The notes under the pieces are model-generated. The model saw only the letters and a program-made list of their open reading frames with translations. It was not told the origin of the DNA and did not search any database. Source: Nitrospirota bacterium (GTDB lineage: Bacteria; Nitrospirota; Nitrospiria; Nitrospirales; NS-4). From it: 64,000 nt of DNA. The position numbers and the translations under genes were made by a program. This document shows, in pieces, positions 1 through 9,911 of the stretch (position 1 is its first letter; each line of letters begins with the position of its first letter). The stretch lies in assembly GCA_963788195.1 (NCBI GenBank), contig CAWBGA010000013.1, positions 64,001-128,000 of the forward strand. Reading direction: 5' to 3'.

Positions 1-203
1 GAAAAATCGTGGGCGTGCATCTCATGGGCGCTCACGCCGCAGACCTCGTGCACGAGGCCGCGGTGGCCATGCAGATGGGTGCGACGGCGGAAACGCTCGC
101 GGAAACCATCCATGCGCATCCCACGATGCCTGAGGGAATCATGGAGGCGGCGGAAGACGTCGACAACATGGCGATCCATCTGGCCCGGCGCCGCGCAGGA
201 TAA
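1..203 (+). CDS. lpdA: Dihydrolipoyl dehydrogenase, C-terminal part (truncated by window start)
   Basis: GVHLMG...TIHAHPTMPEGIMEAAE dimerisation-domain motif (HPTxxE). Confidence 0.85.
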   Translation, partial: KIVGVHLMGAHAADLVHEAAVAMQMGATAETLAETIHAHPTMPEGIMEAAEDVDNMAIHLARRRAG

Positions 204-209
204 ACGGCA

Positions 210-761
210 ATGACCGTTCTCCAGTCGCTAGCGATCAAGATCCTCATGCTGGGGATCACCGTGGGCATCATCTACTGGGGTGTGAGCGCCGACGATCAGC
301 AACTGGCACGCGTACCCGAGCCGTCTGTGATGTCTCAGGCTCTTGAAGGGGTCCATGAAGAACCTCCGGTCAAACGCGATCCGGCCCCCGAAACCGATCG
401 TAAGGTTGTCGTCGTCGAAGAGCCTTCGCCCAGCGGGGAGTCTGCCCTCCCAGACGGCCACGTCAGCGCTCTCGCTCCGGCAGAGCCCCCTCCATCTTCG
501 TCTGTGCGCAGGGCCAAATCTTTTCTGACCGCACCGGCTCGCCGTCCCGTGCGATTTCCCATTGATTTGAATAAAGCCCGCATGAACGATCTTCTGGAAC
601 TGCCGGGAATCGGCGAGAAGCTGGCGGAACGAATTGTGCGATATCGAAAAGATCACGGCCGATTCCAAAGTATTGAGGAACTCCGCAAGGTCAAGGGCAT
701 CGGAAAGAAGCGGATGGAACGGCTTCGGCCTTTGGTGATCACGGCAGGCGCTCATGACTGA
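210..761 (+). CDS. comEA: ComEA-family helix-hairpin-helix DNA-binding protein
   Basis: N-terminal TM segment, linker, then IDLNKA...LPGIGEKLAERIV...VKGIGKK HhH pair. Confidence 0.85.
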   Translation: MTVLQSLAIKILMLGITVGIIYWGVSADDQQLARVPEPSVMSQALEGVHEEPPVKRDPAPETDRKVVVVEEPSPSGESALPDGHVSALAPAEPPPSSSVRRAKSFLTAPARRPVRFPIDLNKARMNDLLELPGIGEKLAERIVRYRKDHGRFQSIEELRKVKGIGKKRMERLRPLVITAGAHD

Positions 762-1951
762 GGTAGACAAACAAGTCCAGTTGATCGCCCGCGGGACGGT
801 CGAGATCATTTCGACCGAAGGAGCTCGAGGAAAAACTTGCGGCCGCGTTGAAGGAGCGACGGCCGCTTCGCGTCAAGGCGGGGTTTGATCCGACGGCGCC
901 GGATCTGCATCTTGGCCATACCGTCCTCATTCACAAGCTCAGGCACTTTCAGGAGCTGGGACACGACGTGATTTTCCTGATCGGCGATTTTACCGGCATG
1001 ATCGGGGATCCCACCGGTATGTCGGAGACCCGAAAGGCCCTGAGCAAAGCGGAGGTTCGCGAAAATGCGAAAACCTATGAGCGCCAGATCTTCAAGATCC
1101 TGGACCCGGCCCGCACCATCGTGGAGTTCAATAGCCGGTGGATGAATGTGATGAGCGCCGAGCAGCTGGTGCATCTCGCGGCGGGCTCCAGCGTGGCCCG
1201 CATGCTCGAGCGCGATGATTTTCACACGCGGTTTCAGGAGCAGAAGCCGATCAGCATCCATGAGTTTTTGTACCCGCTGATTCAGGGGTATGACTCCGTC
1301 GCTCTTGAAGCGGATGTCGAGCTCGGTGGGACGGATCAGAAGTTCAACCTCCTGGTCGGCCGCGATCTACAGCGCACGTACGGCCAGCCGCCGCAAGTGG
1401 TCATCACTACGCCGCTGTTGGAAGGGACCGACGGCGTCCGAAAGATGAGCAAGAGTTTCGGCAATTACATCGCTTTGGAAGACCCGCCCGCTGAGATGTT
1501 CGGTAAGATCATGTCCATATCGGATGCCTTGATGACGCGGTATTACGAGCTTCTGACAACCGCGGATCTGGACGCCGTCTCAAAACTGCATCCGATGGAA
1601 GCGAAGATCAAACTGGCCCAGGAGATCGTAGGCCGCTATCATGGCGCTGTTGCTGCCGAGCAGGCCCGGGCCGAATTTCAACGCCGTTTCAGCGAACGAG
1701 AATTTCCGCAAACCGCAGAGCGCAAGAGGTTGCCACGAGCCGCCAATACGCTCGTTGGAATGCTGGTGGGAGCCGGGCTTGCCCCCAGCAAGACTGAGTC
1801 GCGGCGGTTGATCGCGCAAGGCGGCGTGGAGGTCGATGGGGAGAAGGTGATGGACGGCGACCTCACGTTTCCATCAGATGCCTGTCAAGAGTATCGCGTC
1901 AAAGTCGGTAAAAAGCGGTTTGCCATTGTCCATTTTGAAGACGCCGATTGA
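754..1951 (+). CDS. tyrS: Tyrosyl-tRNA synthetase (likely assembly frameshift near 815)
   Basis: [21 protein letters not shown] and KMSKS motifs, C-terminal S4 domain; ATG at 754 ([19 protein letters not shown]) is in a different frame from ORF 848..1951. Confidence 0.95.
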
Positions 1952-1991
1952 GCGGTTGTAGTATCGCGTCTGCATAGTAGCAGCATACCGG

Positions 1992-2546
1992 ATGGATATT
2001 CAGACGATTTACGCCTTCGAGCGAGGACAAGTGGTTGTGGCTGTCGGTGACATCACAACGGAACGTGTTGATGTCATCGTCAATGCCGCGAATTCGACAC
2101 TGTTGGGCGGCGGCGGAGTGGACGGCTCGATCCATGCCAAGGGTGGCCCCTCAATATTGCGAGAGTGCGAGAAGATTCGGCGGAGCTTGCATCCCGGCGG
2201 GCTGCCTACCGGATTGGCCGTACTGACATCGGGTGGAAAACTACAGGCGAAGTTCGTGATTCACACAGTGGGACCCGTCAGAGGATCCCATGGAGGGCAA
2301 GAGGCGGTGCTTCTTGCAAGCTGTTATCGCAACTCATTGAGTCTCGCCGCGCAACATGCATTAGCGTCGATCGCTTTTCCCGCAATTTCAACCGGAGTGT
2401 ATGGCTATCCCAAGGAGGAAGCGGCCGCAGTCTCATCCCAGGCCATCAAGGCTTTTCTCGCGGACGATACGATCATCACGCTTGTCCGGCTGGTCTTTTT
2501 CTCTTCGCAAGACGCCGAGATTTATTTACAACATCACCAATTTTAG
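1992..2546 (+). CDS. Macro-domain O-acetyl-ADP-ribose deacetylase (YmdB-like)
   Basis: GDIT, IVNAANSTLLGGGGVDGSIH and FPAISTGVYGYP motifs. Confidence 0.92.
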   Translation: MDIQTIYAFERGQVVVAVGDITTERVDVIVNAANSTLLGGGGVDGSIHAKGGPSILRECEKIRRSLHPGGLPTGLAVLTSGGKLQAKFVIHTVGPVRGSHGGQEAVLLASCYRNSLSLAAQHALASIAFPAISTGVYGYPKEEAAAVSSQAIKAFLADDTIITLVRLVFFSSQDAEIYLQHHQF

Positions 2547-2568
2547 GTGAAGTCATCTGCAAGTGTTC

Positions 2569-2614
2569 GCGGTTCCCACGCTGTCGGTCGCAGCTTCAAA
2601 TCACTCCCGCTCCA
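2569..2614 (+). pseudogene. Degenerate partial copy of tRNA-Gly(CCC)
   Basis: gcgg-ttcccacgctgtcggtcgcagcttcaaatca-ctcccgctcca aligns with the anticodon arm to CCA end of the tRNA at 4164..4238; the T-stem is broken. Confidence 0.7.
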
Positions 2615-2689
2615 ATATTTCAATAAGTTCCGTTGAGTCTCCCGCTTTAATCGTCCCATTGCTCCGATGACGGGGTATTGCAGCCGGCT

Positions 2690-2800
2690 TACAAGACAGC
2701 CGCCTTTCCCGTGGCCCCGAGTTCGCCATTGCACCCGCCCCGCCCTGGACGGTGCACGGACAGACTCCTTCGCCCCTGACGAACTCTTCCTCCCATGGAC
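2690..2800 (+). repeat. Dispersed modular intergenic repeat, copy A
   Basis: caagacagccgcctttcccgtggcc + ccccgagttcgccattgcacccgccccgccctgga + ggacagactccttcgcccctgacgaactcttcctcccatgg match segments at 10066..10152 and 11172..11200 (reverse). Confidence 0.75.
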
Positions 2801-3066
2801 TGGGATCTTGTTGCACCCACCAGGGTCAAGCCTGCATTGCACCACCACCACACCCGCCCTTCCCAGGACACGTCGCGCGTTTGCGTCGACACGAAAGAGA
2901 TGTCGCCCCCCTATCTACTTCATAGCCATTAAGATATATCCCGTATATTGTGCGGCGACAGTTGGTAAGGCGTGTCATCCCGGCGTCGCCCGAAGGCCTG
3001 TACGGCCCTCATTCGCACTAAGACCGCCCTGCTTGGTCATTCTGAAAAGGTAAAAAGGAGCGGGAC

Positions 3067-4050
3067 ATGAATCGGTCTGTCTATGTACCCCTGTGCAGTC
3101 TTCTTCTCTTTGTTGCGCTCACCGGTCAGACCATGGGGGGAGTCCATGGGTTTCTCTACAGTGAGGGGACGTTCACGACGCTTGATGTTCCTGGGAGCCT
3201 TTCCACATCAGCCTATGCCATTAATGATAAGGGACAGATTGTCGGAGGCTTCGCGCAGCCCGGAGAACCCGGGGAGGCCGGTCAGCCGGGCCATGCCTTT
3301 TCTTACACGGGTGGGACATTCACCATTATCGATGTTCCCGGCAGTATCTCCCACGAGGCCTTCGGCATCAATGATACAGGCCAGATTGTAGGACGCTTCT
3401 CTTCTTCCGCGCAGAATCTCCGTGGCTTTCTCCTTACGGGCGAAACGTTCACGACGCTCGATGTCCCCGGCAGCCTTCTCACCCAAGCCTTCGGTATCAA
3501 TGATACGGGTCAGGTTGTCGGATCCTTCGACCTCCCGGTAGGGAGCAACGGTTTTCTCTTCACGGGGGGAGGTTTAATAACGCTTCCTGTTCCGTCCGGG
3601 AGTGCCTTCGCCCAGGCCTTTGGTATCAATGATACGGGCCAAATTGTGGGGAACTTCTTTGATGCCGAGGGGAAATTGCAAGGGTATGTTCTCGCTGGGG
3701 GAGCGTTCACGACGCTACATGTCCCGGGTAGTCAACAAACCTTGCCCCAAGGCATCAATGATACAAATCAGATTGTGGGAACCTTCCGGGATGCCATGGG
3801 AGGAGTCCATGGATTTCTCTACTCGGAGGGAACGTACACAACGCTTGATGTCCCCGGCAGTCTCCTCACCCAAGCCTTCGGCATCAACGATGCGGGCCAG
3901 GTTGTGGGACGCTTCGTAGATCAAACTGTCGTCCCCGAACCCGCGACCTGGCTCCTGCTCGGTTCCGGAATTCTGGCATTGATGTACTTCAGGAAGCGCC
4001 GCGCTTTTCCACCCTTGTCCGGCTGGTCTACTACTCACCGTACGAGGTAG
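3067..4050 (+). CDS. PEP-CTERM-anchored extracellular repeat (HAF-like beta-propeller) protein
   Basis: Signal-like N-terminus, six A(F/Y)GINDxGQ(I/V)VG-type repeats, C-terminal VPEPATWLLLGSGILALMYFRKRR sorting signal. Confidence 0.9.
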   Translation: MNRSVYVPLCSLLLFVALTGQTMGGVHGFLYSEGTFTTLDVPGSLSTSAYAINDKGQIVGGFAQPGEPGEAGQPGHAFSYTGGTFTIIDVPGSISHEAFGINDTGQIVGRFSSSAQNLRGFLLTGETFTTLDVPGSLLTQAFGINDTGQVVGSFDLPVGSNGFLFTGGGLITLPVPSGSAFAQAFGINDTGQIVGNFFDAEGKLQGYVLAGGAFTTLHVPGSQQTLPQGINDTNQIVGTFRDAMGGVHGFLYSEGTYTTLDVPGSLLTQAFGINDAGQVVGRFVDQTVVPEPATWLLLGSGILALMYFRKRRAFPPLSGWSTTHRTR

Positions 4051-4163
4051 ATTTTTACAGCGTCACCTGCAGCTCGGTACGGGGCTGCTTGGTCTTGGAT
4101 TCGCGCGCCCGCGGCGGAGTCGGCATTGACTGCTGTATACAAGCATGCGATATTGCTTCGCGG

Positions 4164-4239
<76 letters not shown>

Positions 4240-4468
4240 CTTTCTCACCGACTTGCATTCCATCGCGTGCCGCTGCACTTCTCTCGTTTCCGGTTTCCGT
4301 CACGGTTGGCTTTGCAGGCTGACTATCCCTCTCTCCCGCGGATCGCTGGTTCCCTGAAGGATGAAGTCTTCTCGAGCACTTCTTGCAAATGGCCTGCAGG
4401 GTTCTTTGCTAAGGATCATTTAAGGCAGTTCTAATGTCGGTTTAATCTAGATTCGCTATGCTGCAATC

Positions 4469-4639
4469 ATGATTCATATCTCTTTGGAGCCCGAGCAGTA
4501 TCGGCTTCTCATGGCGTGTGTTGAGTATTGTCTTGGTTTCGGCAAGACACATCCGTTGAGACAAGATTTCGAAGGCATTCAGCATGCCCTCGCAGGCCAA
4601 GTCTGTGAGGAACTGAGGCAGGAGGACAATCAGTCATAG
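4469..4639 (+). CDS. Putative 56-aa hypothetical protein (MIHISLEPEQYRLLMACVEYCLG...)
   Basis: Open frame read by hand; TATGCT -10-like hexamer 6 nt before the ATG (possibly leaderless). Confidence 0.4.
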   Translation: MIHISLEPEQYRLLMACVEYCLGFGKTHPLRQDFEGIQHALAGQVCEELRQEDNQS

Positions 4640-4751
4640 TGCGATGATGGCATAGTGTTCCCCTCTCGGTCGGGTTCCATTTCAATGCGGTCTCGGCTAT
4701 CATTCCTTTCCGCGCATAACGGCTTGGGAAATCCGACCAAGGAGCATAACA

Positions 4752-5645
4752 ATGGCGACGCTACAGCGAGGCGCCACCGGCCCTGATGTCACGGCCTTGC
4801 AGAAGGCGCTCCAGGCGCAAGGTTTTCCTCCCGGCAATCTCGACGGAGTCTTCGGCCTCGGCACGGAAGCGGCGGTGCTGGCGTTTCAAAAGAGCGCGGG
4901 GCTGTTACCGGATGGCATCGCCGGGCCGCAAACGCTTGCCGCGCTGGGAATCTCCCCTGGAGAATCGCCGAGTCCCATCCCGGGCGTGACCGTCGTCATG
5001 GTTTCGGCGATGTTCCCACACACGCCTATTGGGAACATCAAGCAGAACCTGCCGATCGTGCTGCGCTCTCTGGTGAAGGCGGACGTTACCGGAAAACCCA
5101 TGGTGCTTACCGCGCTGGCCACGATTCGGGCGGAGACTGAGAGCTTCGAACCGATCCCAGAGGGCACATCCCGCTACAACAGCTCTCCGAACGGCCATCC
5201 CTTCGATCTCTATGACAACCGCCGCGATCTCGGGAACACGGGCCCGCCCGATGGGCTCCTGTACCGTGGACGCGGCTATATCCAGCTTACGGGGCGCTTT
5301 AATTACGCGAAATATGGGGCGCGACTGGGAATGGGCGATCAATTAATAGCTCAGCCTGATCTGGCTTGCGACCGGGATATCGCTGCTGATCTGCTGGTCG
5401 CCTTTTTACAGGACAAGCAAGCGGCGATCGAGGAAGCCATACTCTACCAGGAATTGTCGAGAGTGCGCCGATTGGTGAACGGGGGGGCGCATGGTTTGGA
5501 GCGATTTATCGAGGCGTACCAAGTTGGCGATAGGCTGCTCGGTAACAATGGCTTAGAACAGAGCACTACCGCACAAGTTCTCCGCACACGATCTGTCCTT
5601 GTTGACTTGCCCGTTCATCGCGCACGCATGCCCGCCCTGAGGTGA
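4752..5645 (+). CDS. Peptidoglycan-binding domain + GH19/lysozyme-like hydrolase
   Basis: N-terminal LQRGATGPDVTALQKAL...DGIAGPQT PG-binding domain; YRGRGYIQLTGRFNY and RRLVNGG GH19-like motifs; AGGAG RBS. Confidence 0.85.
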   Translation: MATLQRGATGPDVTALQKALQAQGFPPGNLDGVFGLGTEAAVLAFQKSAGLLPDGIAGPQTLAALGISPGESPSPIPGVTVVMVSAMFPHTPIGNIKQNLPIVLRSLVKADVTGKPMVLTALATIRAETESFEPIPEGTSRYNSSPNGHPFDLYDNRRDLGNTGPPDGLLYRGRGYIQLTGRFNYAKYGARLGMGDQLIAQPDLACDRDIAADLLVAFLQDKQAAIEEAILYQELSRVRRLVNGGAHGLERFIEAYQVGDRLLGNNGLEQSTTAQVLRTRSVLVDLPVHRARMPALR

Positions 5646-6036
5646 CAGGGGGCGAGGAAGCGTTCGGTGAGGAAGAACCAGTGGGGGGCTGTGTCGATAC
5701 CGATTGCGCGATCAACCCTTGCTGGCCTCGCGTGACGGTCGCGGTCACCTGATCACCGACTTTTACATCGTGAGTCTCCCCGAGGACGCTTCCAAGCACT
5801 CGATCGATGGTGTTTCGTGTTGAACCGTTCACCTGGGTGTTGCGATCGAAATAGATCAAGACATTGTCTTTCGACCCGTCGGAGTTAACCTCGATACGGT
5901 CAGGATCCACACGCACGATTTTGCCCTGGATCGTTCCTGATGTGGCACCGGGTGGAATGGGATCGCTCGCGGAAATCGCAAGTGGCGGCAAGAGCAGTAC
6001 GGCGCAGAGACTTATGGTGACGAGTGTGACCTTCAT
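5566..6036 (-). CDS. Secreted hypothetical protein, OB-fold/DUF5666-like
   Basis: Signal peptide MKVTLVTISLCAVLLLPPLAISA; GKIVRVD...DVKVGDQVTA pattern; AAGGAGG RBS; 3' end uncertain (overlaps upstream gene). Confidence 0.65.
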   Translation of the reverse strand: MKVTLVTISLCAVLLLPPLAISASDPIPPGATSGTIQGKIVRVDPDRIEVNSDGSKDNVLIYFDRNTQVNGSTRNTIDRVLGSVLGETHDVKVGDQVTATVTRGQQGLIAQSVSTQPPTGSSSPNASSPPVTSGRACVRDERASQQGQIVCGELVR

Positions 6037-6121
6037 GGGTTGGCCTCCTTCAGAGAATCCTCGCCACAAGCTACCTTGAGCCGATATCGCGTTTCTAGTA
6101 TTCGGAGGAGGGGGCGTCTAC

Positions 6122-7097
6122 CTATGACGCCTTTCGTTTGCGACGCTGGGGAGGCGGAGCTTGCTGTGCGACCTTGGCGGGCGCCTTCCTTTTGACTTCT
6201 CCTTTCTGAAGGCTTCGCTTCAACGCCTCCATGAGATCCAGAACCTCACCGGCCGGGCGGGGTTGTGTTGGCGACAATCTCTTGGCCTTGCTGCTTCTTT
6301 TGAATTAACTCAAGGACTCGCTCGCGATACGTGTCGTGGTACTTGTGCGGATCCCATTGCTCGCTTGAGAGGCTTTCGATCAGCTTTCCGGCCAGGCTTA
6401 CTTCCTGGTCTTTCAATGCCAATTCGGGAATGTCGACCTCGTTAAAGTCTCGAATCTCGTCGCCCCAGTACAGTACTTCCAGGATGAGGCGATTCCGGTC
6501 TGTGGGCCTGATGAAGACGATCTTTTCCTTGCCGCGCATCACCAACTTGGCGATAGCTCCGCTCTTGCTGTCTCGCAACGCTCGGCCTAACAGCCAGTAC
6601 GGCTTCTCTCCGCCTTTGTCTGGTCCCAGGTAGTACGTCTTCTCAAAAAACACGGGATCAACGGTATCGAGCGGCACGAATTCTTGAATCTCCGCATGCT
6701 GATTGGTGGCATCCTCCAGGGCCTTCAACTCTTCAGGGCTGAGCGTCACGTATTGATTACGACCGACCTCATAGCCCTTCAGGAGACTTTCGCGAGGCAC
6801 CTCCTGGGCTCTGGAAACCGGTGAGATCGCGGGGGCATCCTCACTTTGACGGCTTTCCTTCAGAGGGCTTTCGTCTAGCTGAGTCTCCCGCACCATCTCG
6901 CTGGACTCTCTCGCGACCTCGCTGAAGGTATCCCCCGGTTCTTCGCCGCTCGTAGAGTATAGCCGTTGCTTTACGCGCTGGCCTTGAGGGTCGAGCCAAT
7001 GAAATGAGACGGCCTTGGATTTGGCCGCGGTGTAAAGTCGGACGGGAATATTCACGAGTCCGAACGAGAGCGTGGCCGATTGCAGTGAGCGAGGCAT
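6122..7097 (-). CDS. ku: Ku (NHEJ DNA end-binding protein), frameshift near 6255
   Basis: LSFGLVNIPVRLY, KGYEV, IQEFV, YYLGPD and DTYRE motifs; the tail VLDLMEALKRSL...RRKRKAS continues in another frame to a stop at 6122. Confidence 0.92.
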
Positions 7098-7275
7098 AGC
7101 AAACCCCATATACTGTGACGCTGATAAGCTATAAGCCCTTCCTTATACCACGGATGCGCGGTTTCCTCCACGATTTCGCGCAGCGCCGTGTGCAGCAGAC
7201 GTCAGCGAGGCGCCTGTTGAAGTTTGATCGTAAGATCATTACGATACGCCCCGCAAAATCCAGGAGTGGAACGAA

Positions 7276-8156
7276 ATGCGAGCGCGAGTGCCATTCGTGA
7301 TCGGGTTTCTTGTAAGCGTCCTAGCAATCGGAGAGTGCTGTCATTCCAGTGAGCGCCAAGGAAATATTCAAGGATGAGGCGGGGAGGACGCTCTACATTA
7401 TCGATGACGATGGAATAGTCTCAATGTTTGAAAACAGCTCCGGCGACATCACGCTGTCCGTAAAGCGGGGTCTGCGCGAGAAAATGTATCCGACGCTCGA
7501 TGAGATTACTCCCAGCCGTGTGGCTGCCGGCACGTCCACTACCCTGAAGCTTCGCGGGCAGAACCTCGTCGGCGCCAAAATCTCACTGGGTGTCCCGCAA
7601 ATTGAGGTCGGTGCATACCTCGGCCACCCTCAAATTGTAGAGGTGCCGATCCTGAGTACCAGCCAGCGTGGGTCCTGGTGATGTCGCAATCACTGTCTCA
7701 ACGCCTTTAGGGACTGCCGTCGGCAGTTTCAAGGTTACGGGGAAGCAGCTCAACGCAGGCATGAGTTCGCCGAGCCGGAATGAGATGGAGAAATTGACAG
7801 TCACTACGGAGGCTCCATCCTCCTGTCCGGAGGGCATGGTGGGAATTGCCGCAGAGCGAGGTGGATTCTGCATCGAAATCGATCACACCTTTAGCGGGGA
7901 TTTGCGAACGGCAGAACGGACCTGTGCGATGGGCGGGAAGCGCCTCTGTGATGCAAGCGAGTGGCATCAAGCCTGTGACCAGGCCCAAAACGGTCTGCTC
8001 ACGTTGAAGAATATGATCGGAGCCTGGGAATGGACCTCCTCCATAGGCTCGACCCGTCCCCTCACCTCAGTGTTGGTCGGGCAGGGGGATTGTACCGCCG
8101 AACGCAACTATCAACCCTGGAAGAGCGAGGTCATCTCGGGACGTTGCTGCAAATGA
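7276..8156 (+). CDS. Secreted protein with IPT/TIG-like domain and C-terminal Cys-rich FGE/C-type-lectin-like domain (frameshifted)
   Basis: ORFs 7349..7681 and 7668..8156 join; PTLDEITP...LRGQNL (IPT-like); CPEGM...FCIE...C...GKRLC...EW..AC...WEW...RCC pattern. Confidence 0.65.
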
Positions 8157-8518
8157 GACCCTTAGCCCGCGGGATACGAAGGGCGTCAGTCTTGACAGGC
8201 AATCAGGCTGCGGAGTGCGCGCATACGCATCGGCACGAAGAAGCAGATGACCAATTATCATCGTCAGCGGGAGATCTGATAGTCGTAACAGTGCCTTTCC
8301 CGTCGACCTCTGGTGACACGCGCGGGTATGCTACATTGTGGTAAGCGGCTTCGGAGGCAGTCCGAGTCGATCCAGCTATCAAACTCTCGACGAAGTAGGC
8401 AGGCAGAGCTTCACAGTCTTAGAAATGACCCTACTTAATATACCCACCTAAGTGGTTATTGCCTGAGGATGTGTAGCTATATAAGATATACTCATTACAA
8501 CAGTCTAGGGAGGGCGAT

Positions 8519-8761
8519 ATGACAGCAAGAACTAAGACGAAGGGCGTCGTCTCGTTGACGGAGCGGGAACAGGAAGTGCTCATTCACATCTGGAACGGCC
8601 TCAAGAATCGCGAAATTGGGAAGCAGTTGAAGATCAGCCATAAGACGGTCGAGGCCCATCGCGCCAACATGATGAAGAAGCTACGGGCGACAAATGCCGC
8701 CCAGTTGCTGAAAACCTGCTTTGAGCACGGTTTTCTACGGCAACCGCGTCGGGCTGCTTAG
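8519..8761 (+). CDS. Stand-alone LuxR/NarL-type HTH regulator
   Basis: SLTEREQEVL...GLKNREIG..L.IS.KTVEAHRANMMKKL; GGAGG RBS. Confidence 0.9.
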   Translation: MTARTKTKGVVSLTEREQEVLIHIWNGLKNREIGKQLKISHKTVEAHRANMMKKLRATNAAQLLKTCFEHGFLRQPRRAA

Positions 8762-8779
8762 GCGAATATTCTGCCTTCG

Positions 8780-9070
8780 GAATCTGTCCCCGGGAGCCAA
8801 AGCCTGTCTCGGCAGGCTTGAGCCGCGGTGACAAGACGAACTGTCCCGTGGTGCACTAAGGAGCCCGTCCGGGGCACCCCTTGCTCTTCACATGCAAGGG
8901 GACGAACTGACTCCATGGATACGGGTTCAGGACCGAGCTGGTTACAGGGGAGAAGGAGTTTGTCCGGGGTACCCTTTACCTTCCTTTGCAAAGGGTCGAA
9001 ATACCTCCAGGCCACGGGAAAAGAGGCCGTCTCGGCGGCCGCGTGGGGTTGGGCAGGGATCGAGATGGCA
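8780..9070 (-). repeat. Dispersed modular repeat, copy B (left inverted arm)
   Basis: Reverse complement of 8945..8999 matches 9978..10033 at 49 of 56 aligned columns; further partial modules near 8780, 8865 and 9010. Confidence 0.8.
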
Positions 9071-9308
9071 TGGTGGCAAAATGTGGCGGAGCTTCGAGCG
9101 GGTGCAATGGGCTGGCCTATGTAACAATGGTATATGCCCTAGAAACAATAACTTAGGCCACGTGAGCTTGACCACGGGAATTCGGGTTTCGCCCGCCTTC
9201 CTGATCCTAAGGGCAATATTTAGTTGGTAAAACCTAAGAGATTCGGGCACACTCTCGCCGTCGGATTGCAATAGGGCCGATGCCACCTCTCATGTCGAAG
9301 GGGGACTT

Positions 9309-9479
9309 ATGGGATCCGAAAGGGCGATCAGTAATTTCAAATCCTGCTGTAAGGCGCTCGTAGACTCTGTCTCGCCGGGGCGCCCCCTGACTAAAGGACA
9401 GGAACTGACTGTGCTGTCCTATCTCTTAGTCGTGGAATCAGCCCTCGTCGTCAGCCACACGCAGGAAGGCAACAGCTAA
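9309..9479 (+). CDS. Putative 56-aa small protein (MGSERAISNFKSCCKALVDS...)
   Basis: Hand-read ORF with purine-rich RBS AAGGGGGAC just upstream of the ATG. Confidence 0.55.
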   Translation: MGSERAISNFKSCCKALVDSVSPGRPLTKGQELTVLSYLLVVESALVVSHTQEGNS

Positions 9480-9697
9480 GCGTAGGCCTTGAGCGTTGAT
9501 CTTCGAAGGCAAGGCAGAGTTGCGGTTGGCCAAAACCTGCTCGGTATTCCAATAGGCTCCGTTCCTACAGTCCTCCCAGCCTCTCCTGTAGCGATCGCTT
9601 ATCCCCTACTTATAGATTAGGTCAACTATCTAATGGTGAATTTACCAGAGGGGCGACTTCTCTCTACCCTGCAGTTCGCCAAATAAGGGGGACTCAT

Positions 9698-9832
9698 ATG
9701 TTCATAGCAGGGGTTATAATCGGTATTCTACTCGGCATGACGGTGGCTATCTCGATCTTCCTGATGTGTCTGCTTCGAGTGCAGGGGCAAACAACGCATC
9801 GGAGAAGGGTATCTGTAGACAGATACGCATAG
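9698..9832 (+). CDS. Putative 44-aa single-TM small protein (MFIAGVIIGILLGMTVAISIFLMCLLR...)
   Basis: Same RBS AAGGGGGAC; hydrophobic helix followed by a basic tail. Confidence 0.65.
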   Translation: MFIAGVIIGILLGMTVAISIFLMCLLRVQGQTTHRRRVSVDRYA

Positions 9833-9911
9833 CATCGGACCTTTAGACAGCGCACCTATCGCAAACAATTGCTCCGAAGACACCAGTGAGATCGACGCTC
9901 AGGTTACACCG

